Shown here piece after piece: positions 1-13,600 of a DNA stretch of 64,000 nt. Within the stretch, counting starts at the first letter, position 1. Every line of letters starts with the position of its first letter. A model generated the notes under the pieces. The model was not told the origin of the DNA and did no database searches. It was given only the letters and a program-made list of their open reading frames with translations. The stretch spans positions 1 to 64,000 of the forward strand of contig CAWAXX010000024.1 of NCBI GenBank assembly GCA_963786105.1, in the 5' to 3' direction. This DNA is from Vulcanimicrobiota bacterium. Its GTDB lineage: Bacteria; Vulcanimicrobiota; Vulcanimicrobiia; Vulcanimicrobiales; Vulcanimicrobiaceae. Made by a program: the position numbers and the translations under genes.

Positions 1-709
1 GCATGTCTGCGTCTACGTTCCCGCCGAGTACGTTCCGGGTACCGCTGCCCCGGTCATTGTCTCCGCCGACGCCTATGGGATGCGCTATAACCTGCCCACC
101 ATTCTCGATAACATGATTTACGACCAGCGTCTGCCAGTCATGGTCGCCGTTATGATTGACAACGGTGGATCGGAGCGCAGCATGGAATACGACACGGTTT
201 CTGAAAAATACGTACAGTTCGTTGAAGAGGAAGTGCTGCCCCGCGCGGAGAAAGAGGCGAACGTAAAGCTGTCCAAAAACCCTGACGCCCGGATGACCTG
301 GGCGGCAGCTCCGGCGGCGCGGTGGCGCTGACCATGGCCTGGTTTCGACCGGATCTTTATCACCGTGTCCTCACTTACTCGGGAACATTCGTCAACCTGC
401 GCAGCGGGCCGGAGGCTCCGCTCGGCGCCTATGAATACATCGAGCACCTGTTTCCTGACACGGCGAAAAAACCTCTCCGTCTCTCTGGATTCAGGTATCC
501 GAGAACGACAATGGCTCGAAACACCTTCACAGAATCGGAGAAACTGGGTGACCGCCAACTCGCGGTTGGCGAAGATTCTCAAGGACAAGGGTTACGATTA
601 TCAGTTCGTTTATGCCCGGGGGGCTGGCCATACCCAAAGGAAAGTGATCAACAACACCTTGCCGCAAGCGCTTGAGTATATGTGGCAGGGATATTCGGGC
701 CAGAATTAG
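1..709 (+). CDS. Alpha/beta-hydrolase esterase (enterochelin esterase Fes-like), 5' partial, frameshifted
   Basis: Joining ORFs 80-331, 322-675 and 365-709 gives VYVPAEY..LPTILDNMI..ERSMEYD..GGSSGG (GxSxG nucleophile)..GAGH..ALEYMWQGY*. Confidence 0.8.
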
Positions 710-740
710 GTTTTCCGAGGGGCACTATACACCGCGCCGG

Positions 741-1000
741 GCTGCGAACGCCCCGCTGGCATTTTGTCGACGAGTACATCTCAAATCTGCGCCAGTATAA
801 GGCAAGTGCGATGGACGTGGGAGACCAGGATGGTCTGCGGTTCGACGCAGGCAAACTGCACGATACGCTCGACAGTACGGCATTAGCAATACTTTTGAAT
901 CTATTCAGGCACGCACACGAGTGCTGTATCCGTGCGCTTTCAGGACTTTGTAATTCCGTTTTTCAGCAAGAACTTGTGTGTCGGGAACAAGTGCCAATAA
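741..1000 (+). pseudogene. 3' remnant of a second alpha/beta-hydrolase esterase
   Basis: Frame-hopping read AANAPLAFVDEYISNLRQY..AMDVGDQDGL..GTHTSAVSVRFQDFVIPFFSKNLC ending TAA 998-1000; no room for the N-terminal part after the stop at 709. Confidence 0.6.
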
Positions 1001-1015
1001 GCTGCGAGGGCTCAA

Positions 1016-1804
1016 TCAGATGAGTGCACTGACCTTCGCAGCCGCCCGAACGACATGCGCTGCCAGTTCTGACTCCCGCGAGGCGGGAAACCGTGCCAGA
1101 GGCGCCGACATACCAATCGCAGCTAAGATCGTGCCTTTCCTGTCACGGATCGGCGCAGCCACACAGCAAACGTCTTCAATGTACTCGGAATGGTCGACTG
1201 CGAATCCGCAAGTACGGATCTCGGCGCAAGCGAGCGCCAACTGCGTAATGCTTCTCAATGTATTCTTCGTGTGGCGGATAAGGGGTTTGTTGCCGAGCAG
1301 CTTCCGCAGCGCCGCAGCATCGAAGTCGGCGAGCAACGCCTTGCCGTGCGCTGTACAGTGGAGGGGCACAATTTCTCCGGTCTGTCCTGATATTGCGACC
1401 ACGTGATTGGTGGCCACATGATCCATGAACAGGACTTTGCTCCCCTCGCGGATGGTGAGGTTCGTAGTTTCACCGGTGATTCTCGCCAGCATCTGTGCGC
1501 CCTCGTGCGCGATCGTCGCCAGCATCCCGCCCCAGTCGTACTGGCGTGATAGCCGCCACACGGAAGTGCCCAGAACGTAATCCTTGCCCGCCGGGCCATA
1601 GGCAAGAAAGCCTCTGCGCTTCAACGTATTCGCCAGTCGGGATGCGCCGCTGCGGTCAATACCAAGAACATTCGTCAGTTGATTAAGCGACACCGGGGAT
1701 GGGGAGCGGCCCACAGTCTCAAGGATGAGGAGGCCACGATCGACGCTTTGAATTGATGGAGTCTCATTTTTTACGCGAAGTGCTGCTGGAGCGATTGCCG
1801 GCAT
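1016..1804 (-). CDS. IclR-family transcriptional regulator
   Basis: N-terminal HTH (IQSVDRGLLILE..SRLANTL), PLHCTAHGKALLA, CVAAPI effector-domain motifs. Confidence 0.95.
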   Translation of the reverse strand: MPAIAPAALRVKNETPSIQSVDRGLLILETVGRSPSPVSLNQLTNVLGIDRSGASRLANTLKRRGFLAYGPAGKDYVLGTSVWRLSRQYDWGGMLATIAHEGAQMLARITGETTNLTIREGSKVLFMDHVATNHVVAISGQTGEIVPLHCTAHGKALLADFDAAALRKLLGNKPLIRHTKNTLRSITQLALACAEIRTCGFAVDHSEYIEDVCCVAAPIRDRKGTILAAIGMSAPLARFPASRESELAAHVVRAAAKVSALI

Positions 1805-1817
1805 GTCTTTTCGAAGT

Positions 1818-1834
1818 ATTGCATATTATGCAAT
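1818..1834. promoter_or_regulatory. Perfect 8-1-8 inverted repeat, candidate IclR operator
   Basis: ATTGCATA-T-TATGCAAT, AT-rich, 14 bp upstream of the IclR start. Confidence 0.55.
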
Positions 1835-2015
1835 TCGAGAACTGTCCCGGACGCCCCTGGCTTGCAAGACATCGTCGAACAGGAGGCAACCGTTTTGCGC
1901 CCGTTTGCTCCAGCAAGGGGGTTGGCGGAGTCGGTCTTTCCCACCGCAAAGTCGGTGGATGAACCCGGCCGAATAAAATCGCCCCCATGCGTTTAGATTG
2001 TTCGAGCCGCCAGGG

Positions 2016-4568
<2,553 letters not shown>

Positions 4569-4827
4569 CTATTGGGGGAATGCGTACTACGCAATTTCTG
4601 TTGCGGTGCTCGAAATCGTCACAAGAATATCACACCAAACAATCGCGGGATTCCCGTTACTGCCCGGCTCTTTCATGCTGACGACCGCCCAAACGCTCCG
4701 CGAAACCGGACAACCGACTCACCCCCCCATCATGTAGACTATTAAGGTGTTGTTGCGTATAAATGACTGTTGCCTGCAGGTTGGTCATGCGGCAGGGATG
4801 TTTTTCCGCAGTTGTCAGGGGAGATTG

Positions 4828-6652
4828 GTGCGAAAGCAGATTCTCCCGCTAGCGGTATTTCCGCTCGCAGTCGTGTTTTTGACTGTTTTCGGCCGGGGGG
4901 CGAGTGTTTCCGGAGCGCCTCCATTTGCGGGGGCCGATGCTTTCATTCAACAGAACTGCACCATATGCCACAACGCAGCGAACGGGATTTCGAACGCACC
5001 AGGGCGTCTCGATCTACGAACCTTGCTTACGACCCGACGAACTCCGACAACTTCAACACGTGGATCAAGATCTACGACCGGGTGTCGGCGGGTGAGATGC
5101 CCCCGGCGGGCATGCCTCGCCCACCGGCCGATTCGCTCTCGCAGTTCGAGGAAGGCCTGGCGGTCCACCGGCTACGAGCGCGGCGTTATTGCGGAACGCG
5201 GCCGGGCGGGACTACGAAGGCTGAACGCTTATGAGATGAAAACGCCATTCGCGACCTCTTCAATGTTCCGTGGGTGCAGATCAAGGAAAACTGCCTCAGG
5301 ACGGCGAGGCATTCCGCTATAACAAGATCGGCGGTGCGCTCGATGTTTCGCATGTCCAGCTCTCGCGTTACATGAGTTCTGCCGATTACGCCATGCGGAA
5401 GCCATGGCCGCAAGGCTCGTGCAACCGCCGACAACGATTACGCGAATCTATGCGCGCCAGGAGCCTTCGATGCGCAACTTCCGTCCGCGCGAGGGCAATA
5501 CCCGAACCGACCGGCTCAGCTTTCCGGTCCTCGATTCGCATGCTCAGCCGGATGTGCGTGCGGGACGCGCGCCGATCACAAGCCCGGAAACGAAAGAGCG
5601 CGAAGCGGTCGGCAGAGTCTCCAGCATCTTCTCCGATGCTGGCGGATTCAGCTGGAGCAGCTACCGGGTTCCCGCGGCGGGTCGGTATCGTATCAGGGTA
5701 AGGCTACTCGATCCAGGTCAGCGGAGGCGGGGTGGATCACTGGAATTATGAGGGCTTCGGCGCGGAGAAGACTGCCTACCTGTATGCTCCCACCTATCAT
5801 CGGCCCAACAGCGATGAGGTCTGGCCCGGTCGCCGCGATGAACCAATCGGCGCTTATGCTCAGAGCTCGGGGACAGTCTCGTCCTTTAGCCGAGTTCGAT
5901 TTCACGCCGCAACCCAGCGTCAGCGAGGTGGAAGTCCTGCTGAACGCAAACGAGGTCATCCAGACCGATTGCATGCGTCTGTTTCGTACCCGTGTCAACG
6001 GCAGCGAGGAGCAATATGTGAACCCACTCGCGCAGCCAGATGGCATGCCTGGGGTTGCATTCCAGTGGCTCGAAGTCGAGGGACCGCTTTATGACCAGTC
6101 CGCCGATTCCGGCTACCGCCTCATGTTCGGCGATTTGCCGATGCGCCGCCTCGGCAAAAACGAGACGGGCGGGGTTACTCTGCAGGTTGTCGCTCCGCCG
6201 CCGGCGGTCAACGATGGAGGGGCTGCTGGCGGAGGCGGGTTCCGGGGGCGAGGAGGCTCGCGCACTCAGGACGTGGTCGTTGAAGTTATGACCGAACATC
6301 CGCACGAAGACGCCGAACGGCTCCTCCGTTCCTTCGTGTCGCGGGTATACCGCCATCCGGTGCAGGAGGTGGAAGTCAGCCGTTTCCTCGAACTATTTAA
6401 CCAGCAATATGAGCTGGGCATGGCTTCACGAAGTCGCTGCTTTCTACTTATACTGCGGTTCTCACCTCACCAGGCTGGCTCTATGTGGAGGGAAAGCCAG
6501 GCAAGCTCGATGATTACGCTCTCGCGACGCGTCTGGCATTGTTTTTGTGGAACTCCGAGCCCGACACTGAACTCCGTTCGCTGGCGGCCGCGGGGCGGTT
6601 GCACGACGCCGCCATTCTGAAAACCCAGACGGAGCGGCTGCTTAATGACCCG
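4828..6652 (+). CDS. Cytochrome-c/DUF1587-DUF1595-DUF1592 (PSD) protein, frameshifted and truncated at 6652
   Basis: SD AGGGGAG before GTG 4828; CxxCH (CTICH); [33 protein letters not shown]; the usual C-terminal domains are absent. Confidence 0.75.
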
Positions 6653-6658
6653 ATGACC
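6645..6658. other. Abrupt junction between two unrelated genes (probable chimera or breakpoint)
   Basis: DUF1592 sequence ..ERLLNDP switches in frame to internal Maf sequence TADTVV..; ATGACC occurs twice (6645-6650, 6653-6658). Confidence 0.75.
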
Positions 6659-7054
6659 GCCGACACCGTCGTGGACGTGGACGGGACCGCCTTGGGCAAG
6701 CCGCGAGACGCCGCCGACGCATCGCGCATGTTGCACCTGCTTTCGGGCCGGGAGCATCGCGTTCACACGGCTTTCGCGCTCTTTGCTCCCGGGTACCAAT
6801 CGCTCGTCGAAGAGGTTTCGACCACGCGCGTGCGCTTTTTTCGGCTCGAGGACGCCGAGATCGCCGCCTACGTGGCGACCGGCGAGCCGCTCGACAAAGC
6901 CGGAGCCTACGGCATCCAAGGCCTCGCCGCGTCGCTGGTCGAGCGGATCGACGGCGACTTTTACACGGTCATGGGCTTCCCGCTTGCCCGTTTCGTTCGC
7001 GCGCTCCGCCGGTTGGGATTTTCGTTACCGGTCGCGAAACCCACGGCTCCCTAA
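6653..7054 (+). CDS. maf: Maf/YhdE nucleoside triphosphate pyrophosphatase, N-terminus missing
   Basis: ADTVV..LGKP..LSGREHRVHT..GEPLDKAGAYGIQG..GDFYTVMGFP; the N-terminal LAS.SPRR motif is absent. Confidence 0.9.
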   Translation: MTADTVVDVDGTALGKPRDAADASRMLHLLSGREHRVHTAFALFAPGYQSLVEEVSTTRVRFFRLEDAEIAAYVATGEPLDKAGAYGIQGLAASLVERIDGDFYTVMGFPLARFVRALRRLGFSLPVAKPTAP

Positions 7055-7062
7055 CGGCGGCG

Positions 7063-7899
7063 TTGCCGCTTGCGGGCTTTCTCAGGAGCGACCGAATCTT
7101 TACGTACCGGGACGAACGCAAACTCTTCGCGCTGATCGGCATCATCATCGTGACGGCGCTGGTCGCGCTCGTGCAAATCAACGCGCAACGCTCGAAAAGC
7201 GAAAGCCCGATTGCGGTCGTCGCAACGTCGCTGCTGGGCGCGGCCGAGAGTGCGGTTACCCTGACGATCGGCGGCATTCGCTGGAGTACGGCGGAGGTCG
7301 CGTCGCTGCCTCAACTCGAACGCGACAACGCTCGCCTGCGCGCCGACAACAAAACGCTCGTGGCCGAGAATGCGCGGCTTCACGAGCTTGCGGCGGCTTA
7401 CGCTGCCGAAGCGGGCATTCGCGTGTCCGTGGATCTCTACCACGGCATCGAAGCGCGCGTGATCGGTTTTCCGCCGGAGAACGAGTCGCGTTCGGTGACG
7501 ATCGACCGCGGCGCCAATGCCGGCGTTCGTCGCGACGACGGGGTGGTGGCATCCAACGGCGTCGTCGGAAGGATTGCATCGGTCGGTCCGTTTTCGAGCA
7601 CCGTCGTTCTCATCACCGACTACACCAGCAGAATTCCGGCGATCGTCGGGCGCGGACGCTGGTGGGGAATCGCGCGTGGAAATTTGGGCAGCGTCCGCTT
7701 GGAATTCGTTCCGCAAGATGCGGCGCTGAAGGCCGGCGACGCGATCGTCACCGGCGAGGGCCGCTCGTTTCACTCGGGCGTCCCGATCGGAACGATTACC
7801 CAGACCGAGCGTGGTGACGCAACCCTTTATCAAACGGCCGTCGTTGCTCCCGCGGTGGACTTAGGCGCCCTCGATCGCGTTGTCGTCGTTCCGCGGTAA
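7063..7899 (+). CDS. mreC: Rod shape-determining protein MreC (start possibly ATC at 7096)
   Basis: N-terminal TM, coiled coil, TIDRG..GV..GVVGRI, GDAIVT.G; position between maf and mreD. Confidence 0.93.
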   Translation: MPLAGFLRSDRIFTYRDERKLFALIGIIIVTALVALVQINAQRSKSESPIAVVATSLLGAAESAVTLTIGGIRWSTAEVASLPQLERDNARLRADNKTLVAENARLHELAAAYAAEAGIRVSVDLYHGIEARVIGFPPENESRSVTIDRGANAGVRRDDGVVASNGVVGRIASVGPFSSTVVLITDYTSRIPAIVGRGRWWGIARGNLGSVRLEFVPQDAALKAGDAIVTGEGRSFHSGVPIGTITQTERGDATLYQTAVVAPAVDLGALDRVVVVPR

Positions 7900-8407
7900 A
7901 CCGCACGTCGCTCCGTTCGTCGGACCGCCGTGGTACGTCGCCGCGGTCTGGCTGATCGTTGCGGTCGTCGCGCAGGCGACGGTCGTCCACTTTTTGGCGA
8001 TCCGCGGGGTTGTTCCAAGCCTGGTGCTGGTCGTGGTGCTGTGGTACTCGATCCGCGTCGACGTGCGCCGCGCCGCGCTTTACGGTTTGGCAGCCGGTCT
8101 TTGTGAGGACGTGTTGGCCGGCGGAACCGGTGCTGCCTGGACGATTTCTACGATCGTCACCGCGGCGCTCGCCAGCGTCTCTTCGCGCGGCTTCTTCGCC
8201 GATTCGATTCCACTGGCCGCCGCCTTCACGGCGATCGCGACGCTGGTACGCGCGCTGCTCTTCTGGACGATGATGTCGTTTGAAGGTTATCCGCCCGGTT
8301 TGGGGGCGATGCATCTGCGCGAGGCACTCTTTGCCGCGGTGCTCAACGTGGCGGTCATGATCGCGGCCATTCTGATCGCGCGCCGCTTCGATGCGAGTAC
8401 CGCATGA
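7880..8407 (+). CDS. mreD: Rod shape-determining protein MreD
   Basis: Hydrophobic multi-TM protein, GVVPSLVLVVV, AGLCEDVL; synteny. Confidence 0.88.
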   Translation: MSSFRGKPHVAPFVGPPWYVAAVWLIVAVVAQATVVHFLAIRGVVPSLVLVVVLWYSIRVDVRRAALYGLAAGLCEDVLAGGTGAAWTISTIVTAALASVSSRGFFADSIPLAAAFTAIATLVRALLFWTMMSFEGYPPGLGAMHLREALFAAVLNVAVMIAAILIARRFDASTA

Positions 8408-10260
8408 CGGCGCCGGTCCGGCCAAATCCAAAGCGACCCTTATGGGAGCGTCCGGTCTGGCGCATCGTCGCATTCGTCGCCGTCGTCGCGCTGGCCGTGA
8501 TGGCGCTGGTCGCGCGCTTAATCCAAGTTCAGTTGATCGACGGCGAACGTTATCGCGCGGCCGCCGTTGCCAATCAGGTGCGGCTGATTCCGGTGGCGGC
8601 GCCGCGCGGCATCGTTTACGATCGGCACGGCGCGGTGCTGGTTCGCAGCCGGCCGTCGTTCGTCGTGGGATTGATTCCGTCGCAAGTGACCGACCTTAAC
8701 GGCGAGCTGGCGACGCTCGCCTCGACGCTCGGCATCGATGCGGGCGTGCTCCGCTTTCGTTTGCTGCACCATCGCGGCGTCGACTACCACGATTTCGACG
8801 ACGTCGTTACCAACGAGCCGTACGGGCCGGTGGTCTTGGCTAAGGATCTCCCGGTTGCGGAGGTGGCCCGCCTGTCGGAACTGTTGTCCGACCTGCCGGG
8901 CGTGGACTTGGAGGTGCAACCGACGCGCGATTACCCCTACGGTCCGTTTGGTTCGCATTTGTTCGGCTACGTCGGTGCGATCACCGAGCAAGAATACGAG
9001 GGCCTGAAACGGGAAGGCTACTCGCCCAACGACGTGGTCGGCAAGGACGGCCTGGAATACACCTACGACCGGTATCTGCGCGGCGTGCCGGGAGGGCAGC
9101 GCGTCGTCGTCGATTCAACCGGCGCGGTAATGTCGAACGTCTCGTCGCAGCCCGCCGTTCCCGGCGATACGCTGGTTACCAACCTCGACTGGCGCTTGCA
9201 GCAAATCGTCGAACGGGCGCTGGCGGACGGCATTCGCAGCTGGGGGCACGGCCGCCGGTTGTCGGGCGCCGTCGTCGTGGAAGATCCGTGGTCGGGCGGA
9301 ATCCTGGCGCTGGCAAGTTACCCGAACTTCGACCCACGCGACTTTTCGGCCGATCGCTTCAAGCGCATACGGTACGATTTGACCGATTCGAGCGAGCCGC
9401 TGTTCGACCGGTCGATCGCGGCGGCAACGCCGACCGGATCGACGTTCAAGATGGTGACGGGTTCGGCGGCTCTTACCGAAGGCGTCGTCAAGGTGGATCA
9501 GGTGGTCTACGACACCGGCGGTTGGAACTGCGGAGGGTACTATGCGCGCGACATCGCTGCCGGCGGTCTCGGCAACACGACCTTCATCCCGGCCCTGGCC
9601 GCGTCGAGCGACGGATACTTCTTTCGCCTCTCGTGGTGGCTTGGAAACGCACGGCTTCGCAAGTACGCCCTTGCGTTTGGATTGAATGCCAAAACCGGTA
9701 TCGATCTGCCCGGTGAAAACGAGGGCAACTGGCCGAGCAATGCGTGGGAATTGCGCACCTTCGGCGTGCCGATGGAGCCGAGCGAGTCGTGCTTTCTCGG
9801 AATCGGTCAAGGTGCGATGCAAGCGACGCCGTTGCAGATGGCCAACATTGCGTCGGCCGTCATCAACGGCGGAACGCTCTATAGGCCTCAAATCGTTCGC
9901 GAGATTCGAAGCCCGAACGGACGTAGTGTAAAGACGTTTACTCCCCAAGTCATCCGCAACGTTCCGGTTACCCAGGATGCGCTCAAAGCCGTTCGCGCCG
10001 GCATGGCCAAGGTGACCGATCCGGGCGGCACCGCTTACGGCTTGGCGATCGACGGGTTGAAGTATTCGGGCAAAACCGGCACCGCCGAAACCGCCGGCGG
10101 CAACGGGCCGAACACCACCTGGTTCATCGCCTGGGCCCCCAGCGATCGTCCAAAACTCGCGATGGCGGTTTTCGTCGATCGCAGCGGCGGATACGGCGCC
10201 TCAGTCGCGGCGCCGATCGCACGCCGAATTCTCGTCGAATATTTTCACAAGAAACCGTAA
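8404..10260 (+). CDS. mrdA: Penicillin-binding protein 2
   Basis: APRGIVYDRHG; SxxK (STFK), SSD, KTG motifs; IGQG..ATPLQMA. Confidence 0.95.
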   Translation: MTAPVRPNPKRPLWERPVWRIVAFVAVVALAVMALVARLIQVQLIDGERYRAAAVANQVRLIPVAAPRGIVYDRHGAVLVRSRPSFVVGLIPSQVTDLNGELATLASTLGIDAGVLRFRLLHHRGVDYHDFDDVVTNEPYGPVVLAKDLPVAEVARLSELLSDLPGVDLEVQPTRDYPYGPFGSHLFGYVGAITEQEYEGLKREGYSPNDVVGKDGLEYTYDRYLRGVPGGQRVVVDSTGAVMSNVSSQPAVPGDTLVTNLDWRLQQIVERALADGIRSWGHGRRLSGAVVVEDPWSGGILALASYPNFDPRDFSADRFKRIRYDLTDSSEPLFDRSIAAATPTGSTFKMVTGSAALTEGVVKVDQVVYDTGGWNCGGYYARDIAAGGLGNTTFIPALAASSDGYFFRLSWWLGNARLRKYALAFGLNAKTGIDLPGENEGNWPSNAWELRTFGVPMEPSESCFLGIGQGAMQATPLQMANIASAVINGGTLYRPQIVREIRSPNGRSVKTFTPQVIRNVPVTQDALKAVRAGMAKVTDPGGTAYGLAIDGLKYSGKTGTAETAGGNGPNTTWFIAWAPSDRPKLAMAVFVDRSGGYGASVAAPIARRILVEYFHKKP

Positions 10261-10280
10261 CCCGCCAGTTTACGAGCGCG

Positions 10281-10657
10281 TCACGATTCTGCTTCCAGCA
10301 GTGCCAGCACGGCTGCAAGATGACTGGCGCGCGCGCCGGGATGCGCGGCGAGATACTGCTCGACCCGCGTCCGGCCGCCGTGACTGACGAGTGCGTGCGC
10401 TGCAGCCAACGCTACCGGCTCCGACGGATCGTCGAGCGCGCGCTCGAGAAGATCCTGCGAGCGTCCGTCATCCAACGCGGCGACGGCGAAGACCAAGTCG
10501 CAGCGCGCAGATTCCGGCAGGCCGGCAAACTCGTGACCGGCCGCATCGGTCCAGTTGCCGGCCGCGCGGGCGCCGGAGCGCGAAGCTTGCGCGCCGCGAC
10601 GAACCCGATGACCGCCAAGACGAGGATAACGGCGAAGAGCGCGATGCCGAGCGCCAC
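10281..10657 (-). CDS. Small membrane-anchored HEAT-repeat protein (one frameshift near 10560)
   Basis: GTG 10657 overlaps upstream TAG; TM ALGIALFAVILVLAVIGF; HEAT-like LLERALDDPSEPVALAAAHAL. Confidence 0.6.
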
Positions 10658-13600
10658 TATGGCGACACGTGCAGCGCGGCGCGCACGTCGTCGAGAGCGG
10701 CGTCGAGGGCCGGTTCTCGTTGGCCCCGCAGGGCATCGATGAAATCCGCAGACTCCACCTCTCCGAGCGCGTCGAGCCGCTCCGTAACCAGCGCACGATA
10801 GCGCCCGAGCTCGGGCGTCGAATCGGGCAGCAAGCGCGCTAGCGCCGCCCACGGCAACGCACTGGCGAGTTCGACGCTTTCGAGACGATCGGCAAAATCG
10901 GCCAGCTCGTTCGGCTCGTACGTTCCGGTCAGCGTCAGCGACGCGCCGGGAGGTTCGGCGGGCGTGCCGCGGGCCGACGCGGCGTCGTGCAGCAGCCGTT
11001 CGATCGTAGCGCGCAACGACGGCGTTTCGATATCGCGCGGCGAGATGGCGTAATTCGGTAAGCGCAGTTTGATGAAGAGACGATCGAGTTCTTCCCGCAG
11101 TGAATCGCGCAAGGGCCGCGAGCGTCGCGCCGTGCGCGTCGCCCAAGGCATCGGGAAGAAAGGCGCGCATCGCAAACAGATGCGTCACGACGCCGCCGAA
11201 GTGCGCTTCGTCGATGAAGCGCAACGTCCGGTCCAAGCTACGGGCGTTAAACGAAACCGAGACGCCCGTGCGCGGCGCGAGCGGGCCGGTTGCTAGCGCT
11301 CCTGCCGTATCGCCTCCCGGAGCGTTCGACGATCGCCGGGATAGGTCGATTCGGCCAGCATGGTGGCGGTGCCATTGCCTTCGGCCACCGGTGTAGCCGG
11401 TGGGAGTTGCAAGTACCGTTCTTCGCCCAGGGCGCGCTGGCCGCGGCCGAACGCCGGTCCGATCGTTCCGTCGAGTCCGAACGGCAACCCGGGAATCGCA
11501 TTGGCGAACGCCGGCGTCGCGCGCACTTTCAACTCGTTCGAAACGAGGTCGTCGGCGCGTTCGCCGTCGTAGCGAAGCTGGGCGCTGACGACGATGGCTT
11601 CGCCGGCGGACGAGCCCGTTGTTCACCACGTCGTGCCAGCAAATGGTCGCTTCGACGCCCGGATCCACGTCGTTGAGAACGATGCCGCGCTCGGCGGCGA
11701 ATGGCGCCGCGGCGCCGACGTCGCGCACCGGCACGTCGTTGACCGTGGTCGAGTTCGGTACGTAGATAAGCGACTCGGGCCGGGCGATCGAGATTTCAGC
11801 GCGACGCGCCGGTCCGTCGCCGCCGTTGCGCACGTACAGCCGCCACTCGATCGTCTCGCCGACGTCGACCACGTCGACCGGCTCGCTGCGCAAGGTTCCG
11901 ACGGAAAAATCGGGTTGTGCCGTGGTGGCGATCGTCAATCGTGGAAGCGGCACCGGAAGCATGGCGGCCGCGGTCACGACGCCGTCGACGGTAACGGGAT
12001 ATTCGCGTGCGAGGCTGCGCAGCAACCGCAACGCCAGACGCGCTCGAGCCTGACCGCCGGGTTGAACGTCGCCGAAGACGAGCGAAGATTTTTCGCGAAC
12101 CGCTCCATCGACGCTTTCCAACCGCGCTTCGGGCGAAACGTAGAGCCGCAAGCGAACGTCGTGCGCAACGTCGGTGCCGGTGTTGACAAGCACGACATCG
12201 ACTCCGGCCAACTGGTTTGGGCGCAAAACGGCGTCGCCGGTCAAATCGAAGCGCGACGTTTCAACGTCGAAGGCCGGGTGCGAGTCGACCATCCAAACGG
12301 CTTCACCGAGCGGCGTTTCGCCGAGCTCGCGCGTGTGCAGGCTCGCCTCCAGGTGGATTTCGCTCCGATTGGGATACGGTGACCGTACGTTCGCGCGCAC
12401 CGTCAATCGTCGCGTCGCGTAGGCTTCGAGCGTGTCGAGATCGATGGTGTCGTCGTCCATCGGCACGCGCGTCGTCTTGTCGAAGACGCGCACGTCGCCG
12501 AGGGCCGGATCGGCGCGCAGGTGCACGATCACGTCTCTGGCGGCGGCGCTTCCATCGTTTGCCATCGAAATGACCGCTTCGATTTCGTCGCCCGGTTTGA
12601 CGACGTCGCTGCCGAGTCGTTGCAGAGCGTTACTGCGCGCGGGCAGCGCCGGATCGGAGCGGACGGCGATGCTGCACTCCAAACGCCTCGCGCCCGCGTC
12701 GCGCGCGGGTTCCCACGATAGCGTTGCCGAGGCGGGCAGTATCGTGCCGTCGGCGAGCGGCGACGCAATCGTCGCTTCGGCGCGCAGCGTGACGGTCGCG
12801 CCTGCCTCGATGCGTCCGAGATCGAAGTGCAGCGGATCTTTCCGCCGCTCGCGTATCGTGCGCTCGTCGATGGTCGACGCGCCGCGGACCGGCACGAGCG
12901 CGTCGGGCAGCTCCAGCATCGCCGATACCGCCTCGGCAGCGGCGGTCCCGGCGTTGCACGCCGATAGCGTCAGCGCGACGCGGCTGCCCGGCCGCGCATC
13001 GCGATCCGGGCTCGCGAGCAAGGCCGTTCGTTCGTCGTCGAACTCCGGTGACGCGCGCACCACGACCGATGCCGGCGTCAGCGCGAATGCCGGCGATTCT
13101 TGTGACGCCACCTGCGCGTGGGCGGCGACGATCGTTCCATCGGCCAGCGGCGTATCGATGCGAATCCGGTAGACGAGCGTCGCCGTCGCACTCGCCGACA
13201 GCGAACGTGCAACGACCGGTGCGTACAGGCGGTCGAATGCGACGCCCAGGTCGCGTTCGATTTCGCGACCGTTCACGCGTGCCGAACCGGCGACGTAGGT
13301 AGCGTTCGGAGGTACGGGCGCGACGACCACCACATCGTGGGCGCTTGACTCACCGGCGTTGTGAACGCGCACGGAGATGTGCGCTTCCGCTCCCGGCACC
13401 GGATCTTGGCGCGTTTCGATGGTCACGAGCGTCAAAGCGTTTTGAAGTTGTGGCCGGCTGCGGGCGATCAGCCGCACGACGTTGGAGCCGACCGGCGGCA
13501 CTTCGAAGGAAGCGACGGCCGCTTGCAGTTCGATGGTGGTCCCGTTTTCGATGGCACCGGCGACGCTGTAGGAAAGCTCGACTTGGCGTTCCTCACCCGG

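Noticed and set aside
6485..7054. 189-aa ORF as a novel DUF1592-Maf fusion protein
   Set aside because: Both parents are truncated, Maf lacks its essential N-terminal motif, and sequence character changes at the join; an artefact is more likely
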